From: an uncultured Candidatus Rokubacteria bacterium
GTDB lineage: Bacteria; Methylomirabilota; Methylomirabilia; Rokubacteriales; DASRDR01
Assembly: GCA_963708025.1 (NCBI GenBank)
Contig: CAVPSB010000032.1
Location: 1-64,000, forward strand
Reading direction: 5' to 3'
DNA length: 64,000 nt
A program made the position numbers and the translations under genes. Each line of letters begins with the position of its first letter. Within the stretch, counting starts at the first letter, position 1. This document shows positions 21,829 through 31,608 of the stretch, in pieces. A model generated the notes under the pieces. The model made no database searches. It saw only the letters and a program-made list of their open reading frames with translations, and had not been told where the DNA came from.

Positions 21829-22764
21829 GTGAGCCACGCCCCCCTGACCCCGGCCTGGCGCTCCACGGGCCTCGACGCCCGCCGCTCGCGCCTCGCCACC
21901 GTCCTGGCGCTGACCGCCGGCTTCATGGTCGTCGAGGTGGTCGGCGGCCTCTGGACCGGGAGCCTGGCGCTGCTGGCCGACGCCGGCCACATGCTCGGCG
22001 ACGTCGGCAGTCTGACCCTGGGCCTCCTCGCCGTCTGGTTCGCCCGCAAGCCGCCGACCCCGGCCAACTCCTTCGGCTATTTCCGGCTGGAGATCCTAGC
22101 GGCGCTCGTCAACGCGATCGTGCTGCTCGCGGTGGCCGGCGCGATCCTCTACGAGGCCTACCAGCGGCTGGCGGCGCCTCCCGCGGTCGCCGCCGGCCCG
22201 ATGCTGGCCATCGCCGCCGCGGGCCTCGCGGTGAACCTGGCCGGGCTGTGGATCGTCCACCGGGGCGCCGACCGGAGCCTCACGCTCCACGTGGCGAAGC
22301 TCGAGCTCCTGAGCGACGCCCTCGGCTCGGTCGCGGTCATCCTGGCGGCGATCGTCATCCAGGCCACCGGCTTCCTGGTCGTCAACCCGATCGTCAGCGG
22401 GGTCGTCGCGCTGTTCATCGTGCCGCGCACCTGGAGCATCCTCCGCCAGGCCGTTCACATCCTGATGGAGGGCGTGCCGCCCCACCTGGACCTGCGCGAG
22501 ATGGAGAGCGCCATGCGCGAAGCTCACGGGGTGCGCGCGATCCACGACCTCCACGTCTGGACCCTGACCTCGGGCACCGAGGCCATGAGCGCTCACGTGC
22601 TGGTGGACGATCTCGCCGACGGCCGCCACATCCTGGGCGACCTCCAGACGCTCCTCCGCGAGCGCTTCGGGATCGAGCACACGACCATCCAGCTCGAGAC
22701 GGACCGCTCGCCGGTCCTCCAGATCGCCCGTCCCGGCAACGGCAGCGGGGCCGGGCGGCCGTGA
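21829..22764 (+). CDS. Cation diffusion facilitator (CzcD/ZitB-like)
   Basis: SLALLADAGHMLGD, FGYFRLEILAA, HDLHVW, HTTIQLE. Confidence 0.92.
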   Translation: MSHAPLTPAWRSTGLDARRSRLATVLALTAGFMVVEVVGGLWTGSLALLADAGHMLGDVGSLTLGLLAVWFARKPPTPANSFGYFRLEILAALVNAIVLLAVAGAILYEAYQRLAAPPAVAAGPMLAIAAAGLAVNLAGLWIVHRGADRSLTLHVAKLELLSDALGSVAVILAAIVIQATGFLVVNPIVSGVVALFIVPRTWSILRQAVHILMEGVPPHLDLREMESAMREAHGVRAIHDLHVWTLTSGTEAMSAHVLVDDLADGRHILGDLQTLLRERFGIEHTTIQLETDRSPVLQIARPGNGSGAGRP

Positions 22765-23387
22765 CGACGCTCGCCCTGCCTTCAGAGCGCGCCCAGGCCG
22801 CCCGCGCTGGCCGAGGGCTCCAGTATCTGACCATCGCGTGGAACTCGGCCGAGTGCGTGGTGGCGCTCGTCGCCGGCACGCTGGCGGGAAGCGTCGCGCT
22901 GGTCGGCTTCGGGCTCGATTCGGCGATCGAGGTGACGGCCAGCGGCGCCGCGCTCTGGCGGCTCCGCCGCGACCCCGACGACGCGCGCCGGGAGGCGGTC
23001 GAGCGCCGGGCGCTCCGCGTGATCGGGGGCTGCTTCCTGATCCTCGCCGGGTACGTGCTCATCGAGGCCGGGCGGGCGCTGATCACGCGCCAGGCGCCGG
23101 ATTCGACCCTCGCCGGGACCATCCTGGCCGCGCTCTCGCTGCTGGTCATGCCACTCCTCGCCCGGGCCAAGCGGCGGGTGGCGAGCCGGCTCGGGAGCGG
23201 CGCCCTGGAGGCGGAGAGCCGGCAGACGGAGATCTGCGCCTGTCTGTCGGCGATCCTCCTGGCCGGCCTGGCCCTCAACGCCTGGCTCGGCTGGTGGTGG
23301 GCGGACCCGGTCGCCGGCCTCCTGATGGTGCCGCTCATCGCGCGCGAGGGCTGGGAGGCGTGGCAGGGTCACACCTGCTGCGCCTGA
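22761..23387 (+). CDS. Short CDF-like cation transporter
   Basis: SVALVGFGLDSAIE, GWWWADP, C-terminal HTCCA. Confidence 0.85.
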   Translation: MTTLALPSERAQAARAGRGLQYLTIAWNSAECVVALVAGTLAGSVALVGFGLDSAIEVTASGAALWRLRRDPDDARREAVERRALRVIGGCFLILAGYVLIEAGRALITRQAPDSTLAGTILAALSLLVMPLLARAKRRVASRLGSGALEAESRQTEICACLSAILLAGLALNAWLGWWWADPVAGLLMVPLIAREGWEAWQGHTCCA

Positions 23388-23437
23388 CCGGAGGGCTTGG
23401 CTTGCGCCGACTCCAGTCGCGTGGTAGGAGGTAGAGC

Positions 23438-23743
23438 ATGGCGAAGGCGCGGACCCCCGAGTTCGAGGTGACCTGCCCAGCCTGTCGCTCGGTCCTGACC
23501 GTGGACCCCGAGGTCAAGACCGTCCTGCACCATTCGCCGCCCCCGAAGACCGGGCCGGCCTCCAGCCTGGACAAGGCCATGGAAAAGCTCAAGGGCGCCC
23601 AGGCGCAGCGCGAGGCCCGCTTCCGGGACGCCGCCGAGGCCGAGAAGAACAAGGAGCAGGTCCTCGGCCGGAAGTTCGAGGCGGGGCTCAAGCGCGCCAA
23701 GGACATGCCGGACCCGGGCCCCCGACCGATCGACCTCGACTAG
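23438..23743 (+). CDS. Hypothetical protein with N-terminal CxxC
   Basis: RBS AGGAGG; VTCPAC; charged helical C-terminus. Confidence 0.75.
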   Translation: MAKARTPEFEVTCPACRSVLTVDPEVKTVLHHSPPPKTGPASSLDKAMEKLKGAQAQREARFRDAAEAEKNKEQVLGRKFEAGLKRAKDMPDPGPRPIDLD

Positions 23744-23755
23744 CGGGCGGGGCCG

Positions 23756-23926
23756 ATGAGCGTCGCTACATCGATCTCGGTCGTGACGCGCTCGGCCTAC
23801 GGCCTCGCGTCCGTCCCGACCTATGGTCGTCCTCGGTCGTCGCCCATCCTCGGCGTATGCGGCATACGCCTGCGGTGGGCGACTCCCTGCGTCCTAGCGC
23901 TGCTCGCTCCTCGGCCCCGCCCCCCA
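23756..23926 (+). repeat. Repeat family B, copy 2
   Basis: Similar to 21584-21757. Confidence 0.85.
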
Positions 23927-23965
23927 AAGCTTGCTTCACCGGCCCTGCCGTTCTAGGGGCGTGCG

Positions 23966-25000
23966 CTGGCCCCGACCGGGGAGGCGGATCTCCTCCAGCG
24001 GGTCCTCCCGGCCGTCAGCCGCTCGTTCGCCCTCTCGCTCCGGATCCTCCCCGCGCCGCTCCGCCGGCCGTTCGGCCTGACCTACCTCCTGGCCCGCGCC
24101 GCCGACACGCTCGCGGACACCCGCGCCGTCCCGCCCGCCGAGCGGCGCCAGGCGATCGAGATCGTGCGCGCGGCGCTCCGCAGTGGTGACGGCGCGGGTG
24201 TGGCCGCTCTGGCCCGGCTCGTCGCGGCCGATCACTCCCCGGGCGAGCGAGAGCTGCTCACCCGGCTCCCCGAGGCGCTGGCCGCCTACCGGACGCTCGA
24301 CGCCGGAGATCGCGGGAGCTGCCTGACGGTCCTGCTCACGCTCAGCCGGGCGATGCTGGACGCGCTCGAGCGCTTCCCGGAGGAGACGGCCGGCCGGATC
24401 GGCGCCCTGGAGACCCGCGCCGACCTCGACCGCTACACCTACATGAACGCGGGCTGCGTCGGGGAGTTCTGGACCGACATGGTGGTCGCGCACCGCCCTC
24501 GCTGCGCGGCCCGCTGGAACGTCCCGCTCATGCGCGAGCGCGGCGTGCGCTTCGGCCAGGGCCTCCAGATGGTCAACGTGCTACGGGACCTGCCGCGCGA
24601 TCTCCGGATCGGCCGCTGCTACCTGCCGCAGGTGGAGCTGGCGTCCCTCGGCGTGGCGCCCGAAGAGCTGCTCGACCCCAAGACCCTCGGCCGGGTCCGG
24701 TCCCTCGTCCAGGCGCTGATCGGCCAGGCCGCCGGACACCTCCGGGAAGGCCTGTCGTACATGCTCGCCGTTCCCCGCCGCGAAGGGCGGCTGCGCCTCG
24801 CCTGCGCCTGGCCCCTCCTCATCGGTCTCGCCACGCTCGCCCGCCTCGCGCGGGCCGACGATCTTCTCGACCCCGACGCCGTCATCAAGGTGCCCCGCGC
24901 GGAGGTGCGGCGCCAGCTCGCGCTGTCCACCGCGCTCGTCGGCTCCAACCGCGCCCTCAGCGCCTACGCGCGCCGCATCGGAAGGGAGGTCCCGTCGTGA
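23966..25000 (+). CDS. Squalene/phytoene synthase family protein (start uncertain, possibly CTG)
   Basis: VSRSFALS, YLLARAADTLAD, YTYMNAGCVGEFW, LQMVNVLRD, GRCYLP. Confidence 0.88.
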   Translation: MAPTGEADLLQRVLPAVSRSFALSLRILPAPLRRPFGLTYLLARAADTLADTRAVPPAERRQAIEIVRAALRSGDGAGVAALARLVAADHSPGERELLTRLPEALAAYRTLDAGDRGSCLTVLLTLSRAMLDALERFPEETAGRIGALETRADLDRYTYMNAGCVGEFWTDMVVAHRPRCAARWNVPLMRERGVRFGQGLQMVNVLRDLPRDLRIGRCYLPQVELASLGVAPEELLDPKTLGRVRSLVQALIGQAAGHLREGLSYMLAVPRREGRLRLACAWPLLIGLATLARLARADDLLDPDAVIKVPRAEVRRQLALSTALVGSNRALSAYARRIGREVPS

Positions 25001-25197
25001 AGCCCCTGACCATCGTCGGGATCGTCCTGATCGCGCTCGGCGTGGTGGCGCTCGTCTACCAGGGCTTCACCTACACGACGAAGGAGAAGGTCCTGGAGCT
25101 GGGCCCCCTCAAGGCCGAGGTCGAGCGCGAGAAGCAGGCAGGTCGGAGCGGCGGATCGGGAGAGTTGCTGGCTCCGAACCACCGTACCCCGGACTGA
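24997..25197 (+). pseudogene. DUF3185-like small membrane protein, C-terminally truncated
   Basis: VGIVLIALGVVALVYQGFTYTTKEKVLELGPL; the expected second TM helix is absent after ~25136. Confidence 0.6.
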
Positions 25198-25522
25198 AAT
25201 AGGGCGTGTCACCTGCCGGCACGAGAACCTGATGATTCATCAACGCGTCTCGACCCGTCGGGACGTCGGCCACGAACGCCCGGCGCCAGATACGGTTGGT
25301 GTTGTCGCTTCGACAGGTTGACGTACCCGAACTTGAAGCTCGTCACCTTGATATAGACTCGGAAGCCTGGTCCACATTCGGGTTCGCCACTCATCACTAC
25401 ATACTGGGCTGCTGTCTCGGCCGCCCTTTCAGGGGACAGAATTCAGTCCACTGTCGCGGACGCGGCCCGGGAGCCGCCAATCTCCGGATACCACGCCTTG
25501 CCGCCGATCGTGACGATGGTCT

Positions 25523-28465
25523 ATGATCCGCGTGATGATCCGGCAGCCGACGAGACGGTGGATCGTGCTCCTGGCGCTTGCCGGCTGCGCGCTGGCTGCC
25601 TCACCGGCCACCGCCCAGACCTCGGTCCCCATGGAGTTTCCGCCCACCGGCAGCCGCTGGATCACGCGGAGCCTCGACCAGGCCGGGGGCAGCCACCTCA
25701 CCACCTACACCGTGCTCGAGCCGGGCTCCTTCCAGGGCCGGCCCGGCTTCCGCGTCTCCGACAATGTCGGCGTCCAGTTCTTCGAGCGCGCGAGCCGCAA
25801 CTGGTTCGCCACCGTGGTGCGCGAGAAGGAGCGCTCCGGGGCCACGCCGCATCACGGGTCGCTCGCGTGGCCACTCGAGGTGGGCAAGAGATGGAGCGCG
25901 GTCTACCAGTTCCGGGACAATCTGCGCAACCTCCGCTTCAACCGCATCGAGACCGCGTGGCGCGTGGCCGTCGAGGAAGACGTGACCGCTCCCGCGGGCA
26001 CCTTCAAGGCACTGCGACTCGAAGGCGTCAACAACAGCAACACGTGGACCACCTGGTACGCGCCCTCGGTGCGGCTCGTGGTCAAGGAGATCCACGAGCG
26101 CAAGGCCAGCCATCCGTTCGGCCCCGGGCGCACCGTCACCGAAATGGTCCGCTACGCCGCCCCCGGCGGCGATGCCTGGTACGGCTTCGGCCTCGAGGCG
26201 AGCCAGTCAGCGGTGCGGCGGGGCGAGGGACGGCGCGCGGTGGCCTTCTACGAGAGCGCCGCGAAGGACTTCGAGGCCCGCGGGATGCCGGTCGAGGCCG
26301 CGCAGGCCCTGACCGATCTGGCGCGCATCGCCCGGCCGGTCGGCGCGGTCCAGCAAGGCCTGCGGGCCGGGCTCAGGGCCATCGACCTGCTGAAGGCAGC
26401 GCCCCGCAACGACGCGGTGCTCGGCGATCTGGCCAGCGCCTACCTGTTCGTCGGCGCTCTCTACCGCTCCGCGGGCAGCCTCGGTGAGACGCAGCGGTTC
26501 TTTCAGGAGGGCGCGCAGCTCAGCCCGGCCTTCGCGAGCCCGCAGCGCCGGCTCTTCTGGGCGGGTGCCTTCGGGCGGGCGCTGGGCGAGCTCGCCTTCG
26601 CTCGTCGCGACTACCCGGCCGCGGCCCAGCAAGGGGCGGAGGCGGTCAAGCAGTTCGAGCAGTATCTGGCGAACCAGTCCGCGTCCGGCTTCGATCAGGG
26701 TCGCCGCAGCACCCAGCGCAACCTGGTGCTCGCTCTCTCGCTGGTGGGCGACGTCGAGCGCCGCACCGGGAACAATACCGCGGCGGCCCAGGCGCTCAAC
26801 CGCGCCGTCCAGATCGCGCGCGACCTGGGCGCGACCGAGCTCGAGCTGGGGGCGCTGAACTCGCTCGGATATCTCGCGATGAACAAGCCCGACATCCCGG
26901 AGGCGCTCCGCCACCTCGAGGAGGCGAAGCGGATCGCGACCGCGACCGGCAACCCGGCGTACGTGATGTGGGCCAGCAACGGCATCGGACGGGCGCATTT
27001 CCGGGAGGGCCGGTACCCCGAGGCCCTGGAGGCCTACAAGGAGGCGGTGACGCAGGCCGAGGGCCTGCGCGGCTCGCTCCAGGACGCGGCCCTGCGGAGC
27101 GGGTTCCTGGAAGACAAGCAGGAGATGTACAACGGCGCGGTCTTTAGCGCGGTGGCGCTGCGCAAGCCGGACGAGGCCTTCGCCCTCGCCGAGCGCGCGC
27201 GCTCCCGCGCGTTCCTCGACCTGCTCGGCACCCAGACCGTGCTCTCCAAGGGCAAGACGCGCGCGCTCGTGGACGAGGAGATACGCCTGCGCACCCGGCT
27301 CGCCGCGACGAAGGCGGCCGCGGACGAGGCGGGTGAGGACGACGCCGCGGACGGCCGCGCGGAGGCCGAGGCGGCCGAGCGTGCTTATGGTGAGTTCCTG
27401 GATCGGGTCCGCAAGGAGAATCTCGAGCAGGCCTCGCTCATGTCGGTGGAGCCGGTGAACGTCCCCGAGCTGCAGGCCCTGCTGCCGGAGGGGACGACGC
27501 TGGTCGAGTACCTCGTCGGCCGGAACACCGCCCTCGCCTGGGTGGTAAGCCGGTCGTCCGTCACGGTCGTGCGGCTTCCCATCCCGCGCGACCAGCTCGT
27601 CTCCGAGGTGCGCGCCTTCCGGCGCGGCATCGAGGGCCAGGCCCCGCTGCCGGACGCGCAGAAGCAGGCGGAGGTGCTGCACGACCGGCTGTTCGCCCCG
27701 GTGCGCCAGCACATCAAGGGCAGCCGGGTGGTCGTGGTGCCGCACGACGTGCTCCACTACCTGCCGTTCGGAGCCCTGCGCAGCAAGGCGGGCCGCTGGC
27801 TCGTCGAGGACTACACGCTCTCCACGCTGCCGAGCGCGAGCGTGCTCAAGTTCCTCGAGGCCAAGCGCACGGCGAGCGGCGGGAGCGTACTGGCGGTGGG
27901 CAACCCGGACCTGGGCTCGGCGCTCAACCTGCGCTATGCGGAGCGGGAGGCGCGCGTGGTGGGCGATCGCTACGCGGGCGCCAGCGTGCTGGTGCGCCAG
28001 GACGCGACGGAGGCGCGCACCAAGAGCCTGATGGACGGGGCGCGGCTGCTCCACTTCGCCACCCACGGCGAGCTGAACGAGCGCGATCCGCTCGCCTCCA
28101 GCCTCTTGCTGGTGCCGGGCGGCCCCGACGACGGCCGGCTCGAGGTGCGCGAGATCTTCGGCCTCGACCTGAAGGCGCAGCTTGTCGTGCTCTCGGCCTG
28201 CGAGACCGGCCTCGGCCAGCTCAGCACCGGCGACGAGCTGGTGGGGCTGCAGCGGGCCTTCCTCTACGCGGGCAGCCCGGCGGTGGTCACGACGCTCTGG
28301 AAGGTGGACGATCGCGCGAGCTTCGCGCTCATGCGCGAGTTCTACGACCACCTGGCCACCGTCGACGCGGGCCAGGCGCTGCAGGCCGCCCAGCGCGCGG
28401 CGATGAAGGAGTTCCCCCACCCCTTCGCGTGGGCCGCCTTCGGCCTCACCGGCGTGGGCCGCTGA
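25523..28465 (+). CDS. Secreted TPR + CHAT (caspase-like) domain protein
   Basis: Signal peptide, TPRs, HFATHG and LSACETG catalytic dyad, HPFAWAAF. Confidence 0.92.
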   Translation: MIRVMIRQPTRRWIVLLALAGCALAASPATAQTSVPMEFPPTGSRWITRSLDQAGGSHLTTYTVLEPGSFQGRPGFRVSDNVGVQFFERASRNWFATVVREKERSGATPHHGSLAWPLEVGKRWSAVYQFRDNLRNLRFNRIETAWRVAVEEDVTAPAGTFKALRLEGVNNSNTWTTWYAPSVRLVVKEIHERKASHPFGPGRTVTEMVRYAAPGGDAWYGFGLEASQSAVRRGEGRRAVAFYESAAKDFEARGMPVEAAQALTDLARIARPVGAVQQGLRAGLRAIDLLKAAPRNDAVLGDLASAYLFVGALYRSAGSLGETQRFFQEGAQLSPAFASPQRRLFWAGAFGRALGELAFARRDYPAAAQQGAEAVKQFEQYLANQSASGFDQGRRSTQRNLVLALSLVGDVERRTGNNTAAAQALNRAVQIARDLGATELELGALNSLGYLAMNKPDIPEALRHLEEAKRIATATGNPAYVMWASNGIGRAHFREGRYPEALEAYKEAVTQAEGLRGSLQDAALRSGFLEDKQEMYNGAVFSAVALRKPDEAFALAERARSRAFLDLLGTQTVLSKGKTRALVDEEIRLRTRLAATKAAADEAGEDDAADGRAEAEAAERAYGEFLDRVRKENLEQASLMSVEPVNVPELQALLPEGTTLVEYLVGRNTALAWVVSRSSVTVVRLPIPRDQLVSEVRAFRRGIEGQAPLPDAQKQAEVLHDRLFAPVRQHIKGSRVVVVPHDVLHYLPFGALRSKAGRWLVEDYTLSTLPSASVLKFLEAKRTASGGSVLAVGNPDLGSALNLRYAEREARVVGDRYAGASVLVRQDATEARTKSLMDGARLLHFATHGELNERDPLASSLLLVPGGPDDGRLEVREIFGLDLKAQLVVLSACETGLGQLSTGDELVGLQRAFLYAGSPAVVTTLWKVDDRASFALMREFYDHLATVDAGQALQAAQRAAMKEFPHPFAWAAFGLTGVGR

Positions 28466-28506
28466 CCGAGGGCCTCCGAGGATCCCGCGCGCGAGTCGTT
28501 CGCGCG

Positions 28507-30315
28507 ATGCTGGTCGGCCTGCTGGTCTCCATCGCGGTGACCGGGCTGTCGCGCACCGGCGTGCTCGCGGGCTGGGAGACGCGCGCGGTGGACGCCTTCC
28601 TCTTCCTGCGCGACCGCGTGCCCGCCCCGGAGATCGTTCTGGTCTTCGTCGACGACGAGGCCTTCCAGGCGCTGGGGCAGCGCCAGCCGCTCTCGCGCCG
28701 CTACGTGGCGGATCTCGCCAACTTCCTGCTCGAGAGCGGCGCGAGGGTCGTGGCCTTCGATCTGGTGGTCACGACACCTTCCGTGCCCGCGGAGGACCAG
28801 GCCCTGCTCGCCACCGCGCGGCGCTGGAGCGCGAAGCGGCCGGGCTCGCTCCTCTTCGCCTCGCCGGCCATGCCGAGCGACCAGGGCGGCTACACGCTGC
28901 TCCCCCCGTTCTCACCCGACCTGGGCGGCATGGCCGGGTTCGCCAACGCGCCGGTCGGCGCCGACGGCGTGGTCCGGCGCTTCACGCCACTCCTGCCCGC
29001 CGCGGGCGGCGGCCGGCTGCCGGCCCTGTCGCTGGCCGCTCTGGCCGGGTCGGCCGGCGTGCCCCCCCACCAGCTCGCCGAGCGGCTCGCGGCGGACAGT
29101 GGCGTCATCGAGCTACCCGCGCGCGACCGCGCCGGCGAGATCGGCGTGGCCCCGGCGACGGTGGCCCAGCTCGCCGGCGCGCCGTGGCGCATCGACTACA
29201 CGGGGCCGCCCGGCGCGTTCACCGCGTTTCCGAGCGAGCCGCTGGTCGCGCTCGCGCGCGGCGGCACCCAGCCCGATCCCGACAATCCGTTCCGCGACCG
29301 CATCGTCCTCGTCGGCGCGACCTTCGCGGAGAGCCGGGACTTCTTCCCGACCCCGACGGGATCGATGCCCGGCGTGGAGATCCAGGCCCACATGGTGAAC
29401 ACGCTGCTCGCGCGCCGGGCCCTCTTGCCCCCGCCGTGGTCCCTGAACGTCGTCCTCCTCGCGATCGTGTGCGTGTTTGTCTCCGTGCTGTCGCTCTGGC
29501 TGCGACCGGCCTGGCTCGCGCTGGTCGGCCTGGGCCTGGTGGCGGGGCTGGTCGCGGCCTCGTACGAGGCCTACACGCGCGGTGGCTACTGGCTCGACTT
29601 CCTGGCGCCGCTCCTCGGCACGCTGGCCTACCTGCAGGGCGCCCACGTGCTGCGGCGGCGGCGGCTGCGCTCGGCCTTCGGCCAGTACGTGAGCCCCGAG
29701 GTGATGGACCAGGTGCTGCGCACCGGCGCGCCGCTGGGCGGCGAGGTGCGCGGCGTCACCGTGCTGATGTCGGACCTGCGCGGCTTCACCACGATGTCCG
29801 AGCGCCTGCCGCCCCAGGTCGTGTCCGAGATGATGAACGAGTACTTCACCGCGATGGTCGACGTGATCCTCGCCCACCGCGGGCTCGTGCAGGACTTCAT
29901 CGGCGACGCGATCATGGCGGTATACGGGGCGCCCCTCGACGACCCCGAGCACTGCTGGCACGCGGCCCGGACCGCGGTGGGGATGCACGCGGCGCTCGAG
30001 GCGCTCAACCGCCGCTGGGAGGCGGAAGGCCGCGGCCCGCTCGCCATGGGCATCGCCGTCCACGCCGGCGAGGCCTTCGCCGGCACGCTCGGCGCGCCGC
30101 GGAAGAAGAAATACGCCGTGCTCGGCGACACGGTCAACCTCACCGCTCGTATGGAGGGGTTGAATCGCGACCTCGGGACCGGCATTCTGATCAGCGGCGC
30201 CACGCTAGCCGCGCTGAAGGATCGGGTGGTGGTCCGGGATCGCGGCAGCGTATCCGTGAAGGGGCGGCGCGAGCCGGTCGAGATCTTCGAGCTCCTGAGC
30301 CTGAAGGAGGCCTGA
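28507..30315 (+). CDS. CHASE2-domain class III adenylate/guanylate cyclase
   Basis: CHASE2 (VVAFD, DGVVRR, PGVEIQA), 3 TM, SDLRGFT, FIGDAIMA, GDTVNLTARME. Confidence 0.92.
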   Translation: MLVGLLVSIAVTGLSRTGVLAGWETRAVDAFLFLRDRVPAPEIVLVFVDDEAFQALGQRQPLSRRYVADLANFLLESGARVVAFDLVVTTPSVPAEDQALLATARRWSAKRPGSLLFASPAMPSDQGGYTLLPPFSPDLGGMAGFANAPVGADGVVRRFTPLLPAAGGGRLPALSLAALAGSAGVPPHQLAERLAADSGVIELPARDRAGEIGVAPATVAQLAGAPWRIDYTGPPGAFTAFPSEPLVALARGGTQPDPDNPFRDRIVLVGATFAESRDFFPTPTGSMPGVEIQAHMVNTLLARRALLPPPWSLNVVLLAIVCVFVSVLSLWLRPAWLALVGLGLVAGLVAASYEAYTRGGYWLDFLAPLLGTLAYLQGAHVLRRRRLRSAFGQYVSPEVMDQVLRTGAPLGGEVRGVTVLMSDLRGFTTMSERLPPQVVSEMMNEYFTAMVDVILAHRGLVQDFIGDAIMAVYGAPLDDPEHCWHAARTAVGMHAALEALNRRWEAEGRGPLAMGIAVHAGEAFAGTLGAPRKKKYAVLGDTVNLTARMEGLNRDLGTGILISGATLAALKDRVVVRDRGSVSVKGRREPVEIFELLSLKEA

Positions 30316-30319
30316 CTCG

Positions 30320-31264
30320 ATGAGAGTGCATCTGCCGCTGCTCCTGTTCACCCTGCTCGGGCTCGCCGCTCCCGCGCTCGCCCAGACCGCCGAGACCGCG
30401 GCCGTCGTCACCGAGATCAAGCCGGGGCGCGGCCGTGTGGAGGTGAAGCCGGCCGCGGGCGGCGACTGGCGGCCGGCGCGGCCGCTCCTGGCGCTGCGCG
30501 CGGGCGACGTGGTCCGCACCACCGAGAACGCCAGCGTGGTGGTGCTGCTCTCGGGCGGACGCGGGACCGCGCGGGTCGAGGGCGCCGCGGGGTCCTTCAC
30601 GGTGCCGGGCCCGGCCGCCGCGGGCCAGGGGCAGAAGGCCAAGGCGCTCGTGGAGGCGAGCCTCGGCTTTCTCGCCGGAACCACCAAGGAGTCGTCGCAG
30701 GCGGTGCTGGCCACGCGCAGCGTGGCGCGGCCGCCCGTGATCGTGAGCCCGCGCAACGGCCGCATGCTGCCCGAGGCGCCGGCCTTCGAGTGGCTCGGCA
30801 GCCGCTTCACCCGCTACGCGGTCCGGGTGGTCGGGCCCGGCGGGCCCGTGGTCGAGCGGCGCGAGGTCACCGGCGCGCGGTGGGAGTACCCGGCCGACGC
30901 GCCCGCGCTCTCACCGAGCGTCCGCTACACGCTGCAGGTCACGGCGGTCGGCCACCCGCCGCAGGAGGCATGGTTCGAGCTGCTAGATCGGGAGCGGGCG
31001 CGCGCCGTCGCGGGGGACCTGGCCGGATTGGAGCAGGAGCTGGGGGCCTCGGTGTCGCCGACGTCGCGCGCCGTGCTGCGGGCGGGGCTGCTCGCGCGCG
31101 AGGGGCTCCTGCACGATGCGCGGCAGGTGGTGGTGACCGCGCTCGCCACTGACCGCGACGAGCCAACGCTCCACCTGCTGCTGGGCGACCTCTACACGCG
31201 CACCGGCCTGACCGACCTCGCTGCCGAGTCCTTCGACGAAGCCCAGTTCCTGCTGAAGAAGTAG
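30320..31264 (+). CDS. Secreted FecR-like/DUF928-like protein with C-terminal TPR
   Basis: Signal peptide; LRAGDVVRT; PAFEW; GLLHDA. Confidence 0.7.
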   Translation: MRVHLPLLLFTLLGLAAPALAQTAETAAVVTEIKPGRGRVEVKPAAGGDWRPARPLLALRAGDVVRTTENASVVVLLSGGRGTARVEGAAGSFTVPGPAAAGQGQKAKALVEASLGFLAGTTKESSQAVLATRSVARPPVIVSPRNGRMLPEAPAFEWLGSRFTRYAVRVVGPGGPVVERREVTGARWEYPADAPALSPSVRYTLQVTAVGHPPQEAWFELLDRERARAVAGDLAGLEQELGASVSPTSRAVLRAGLLAREGLLHDARQVVVTALATDRDEPTLHLLLGDLYTRTGLTDLAAESFDEAQFLLKK

Positions 31265-31329
31265 GAAACCCCCTCTCCCCTGCGCGGGGGAGAGGGTAGC
31301 GCGAGGGGCTTCGAACGTCGAGGGGGGCG

Positions 31330-31470
31330 GGCGCGGGCCGTGCGCCTACCCCGCCTCGGCGACCGGCCCTTCTCGCGCAGGCGCCGCACCAGGTCGGCGA
31401 ACGACTCGGCCTCGATGATGCGGTCGAACTGGCTTCGATAGGTGCCGACCAGGCTCACGTTCTCGGCCAC
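31330..31470 (-). pseudogene. C-terminal fragment of MlaC/Ttg2D-like protein
   Basis: ENVSLVGTYRSQFDRII...FADLVRRL; no N-terminal part. Confidence 0.6.
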
Positions 31471-31608
31471 GGCCGGACTGGGCTGCTCCCCGGCCACGCG
31501 CGCCCCCGATTCCCCATCTACTGCCGCCAGGCCCTAGCGCCGACTGCGGCAGTGTGGTCGCCTGGGCGGCGGTCTCCTCGGTCGGGTGGTGGAGGGGCGC
31601 CGCAGCGG

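Noticed and set aside
23376-23400. HTCCA-TGA at the transporter end as another Sec site
   Set aside because: No convincing hairpin or homologous continuation; the downstream sequence is the next gene's promoter/RBS region.
23756-25000. In-frame TAG (23954-23956) between the repeat-B ORF and squalene synthase, suggesting pyrrolysine or readthrough
   Set aside because: The upstream part is a dispersed repeat and no pyl genes are seen. An alternative start near 23966 is simpler.
25209-25397. 62-aa ORF in the lower-GC spacer
   Set aside because: No recognisable motif or RBS; cannot be supported.
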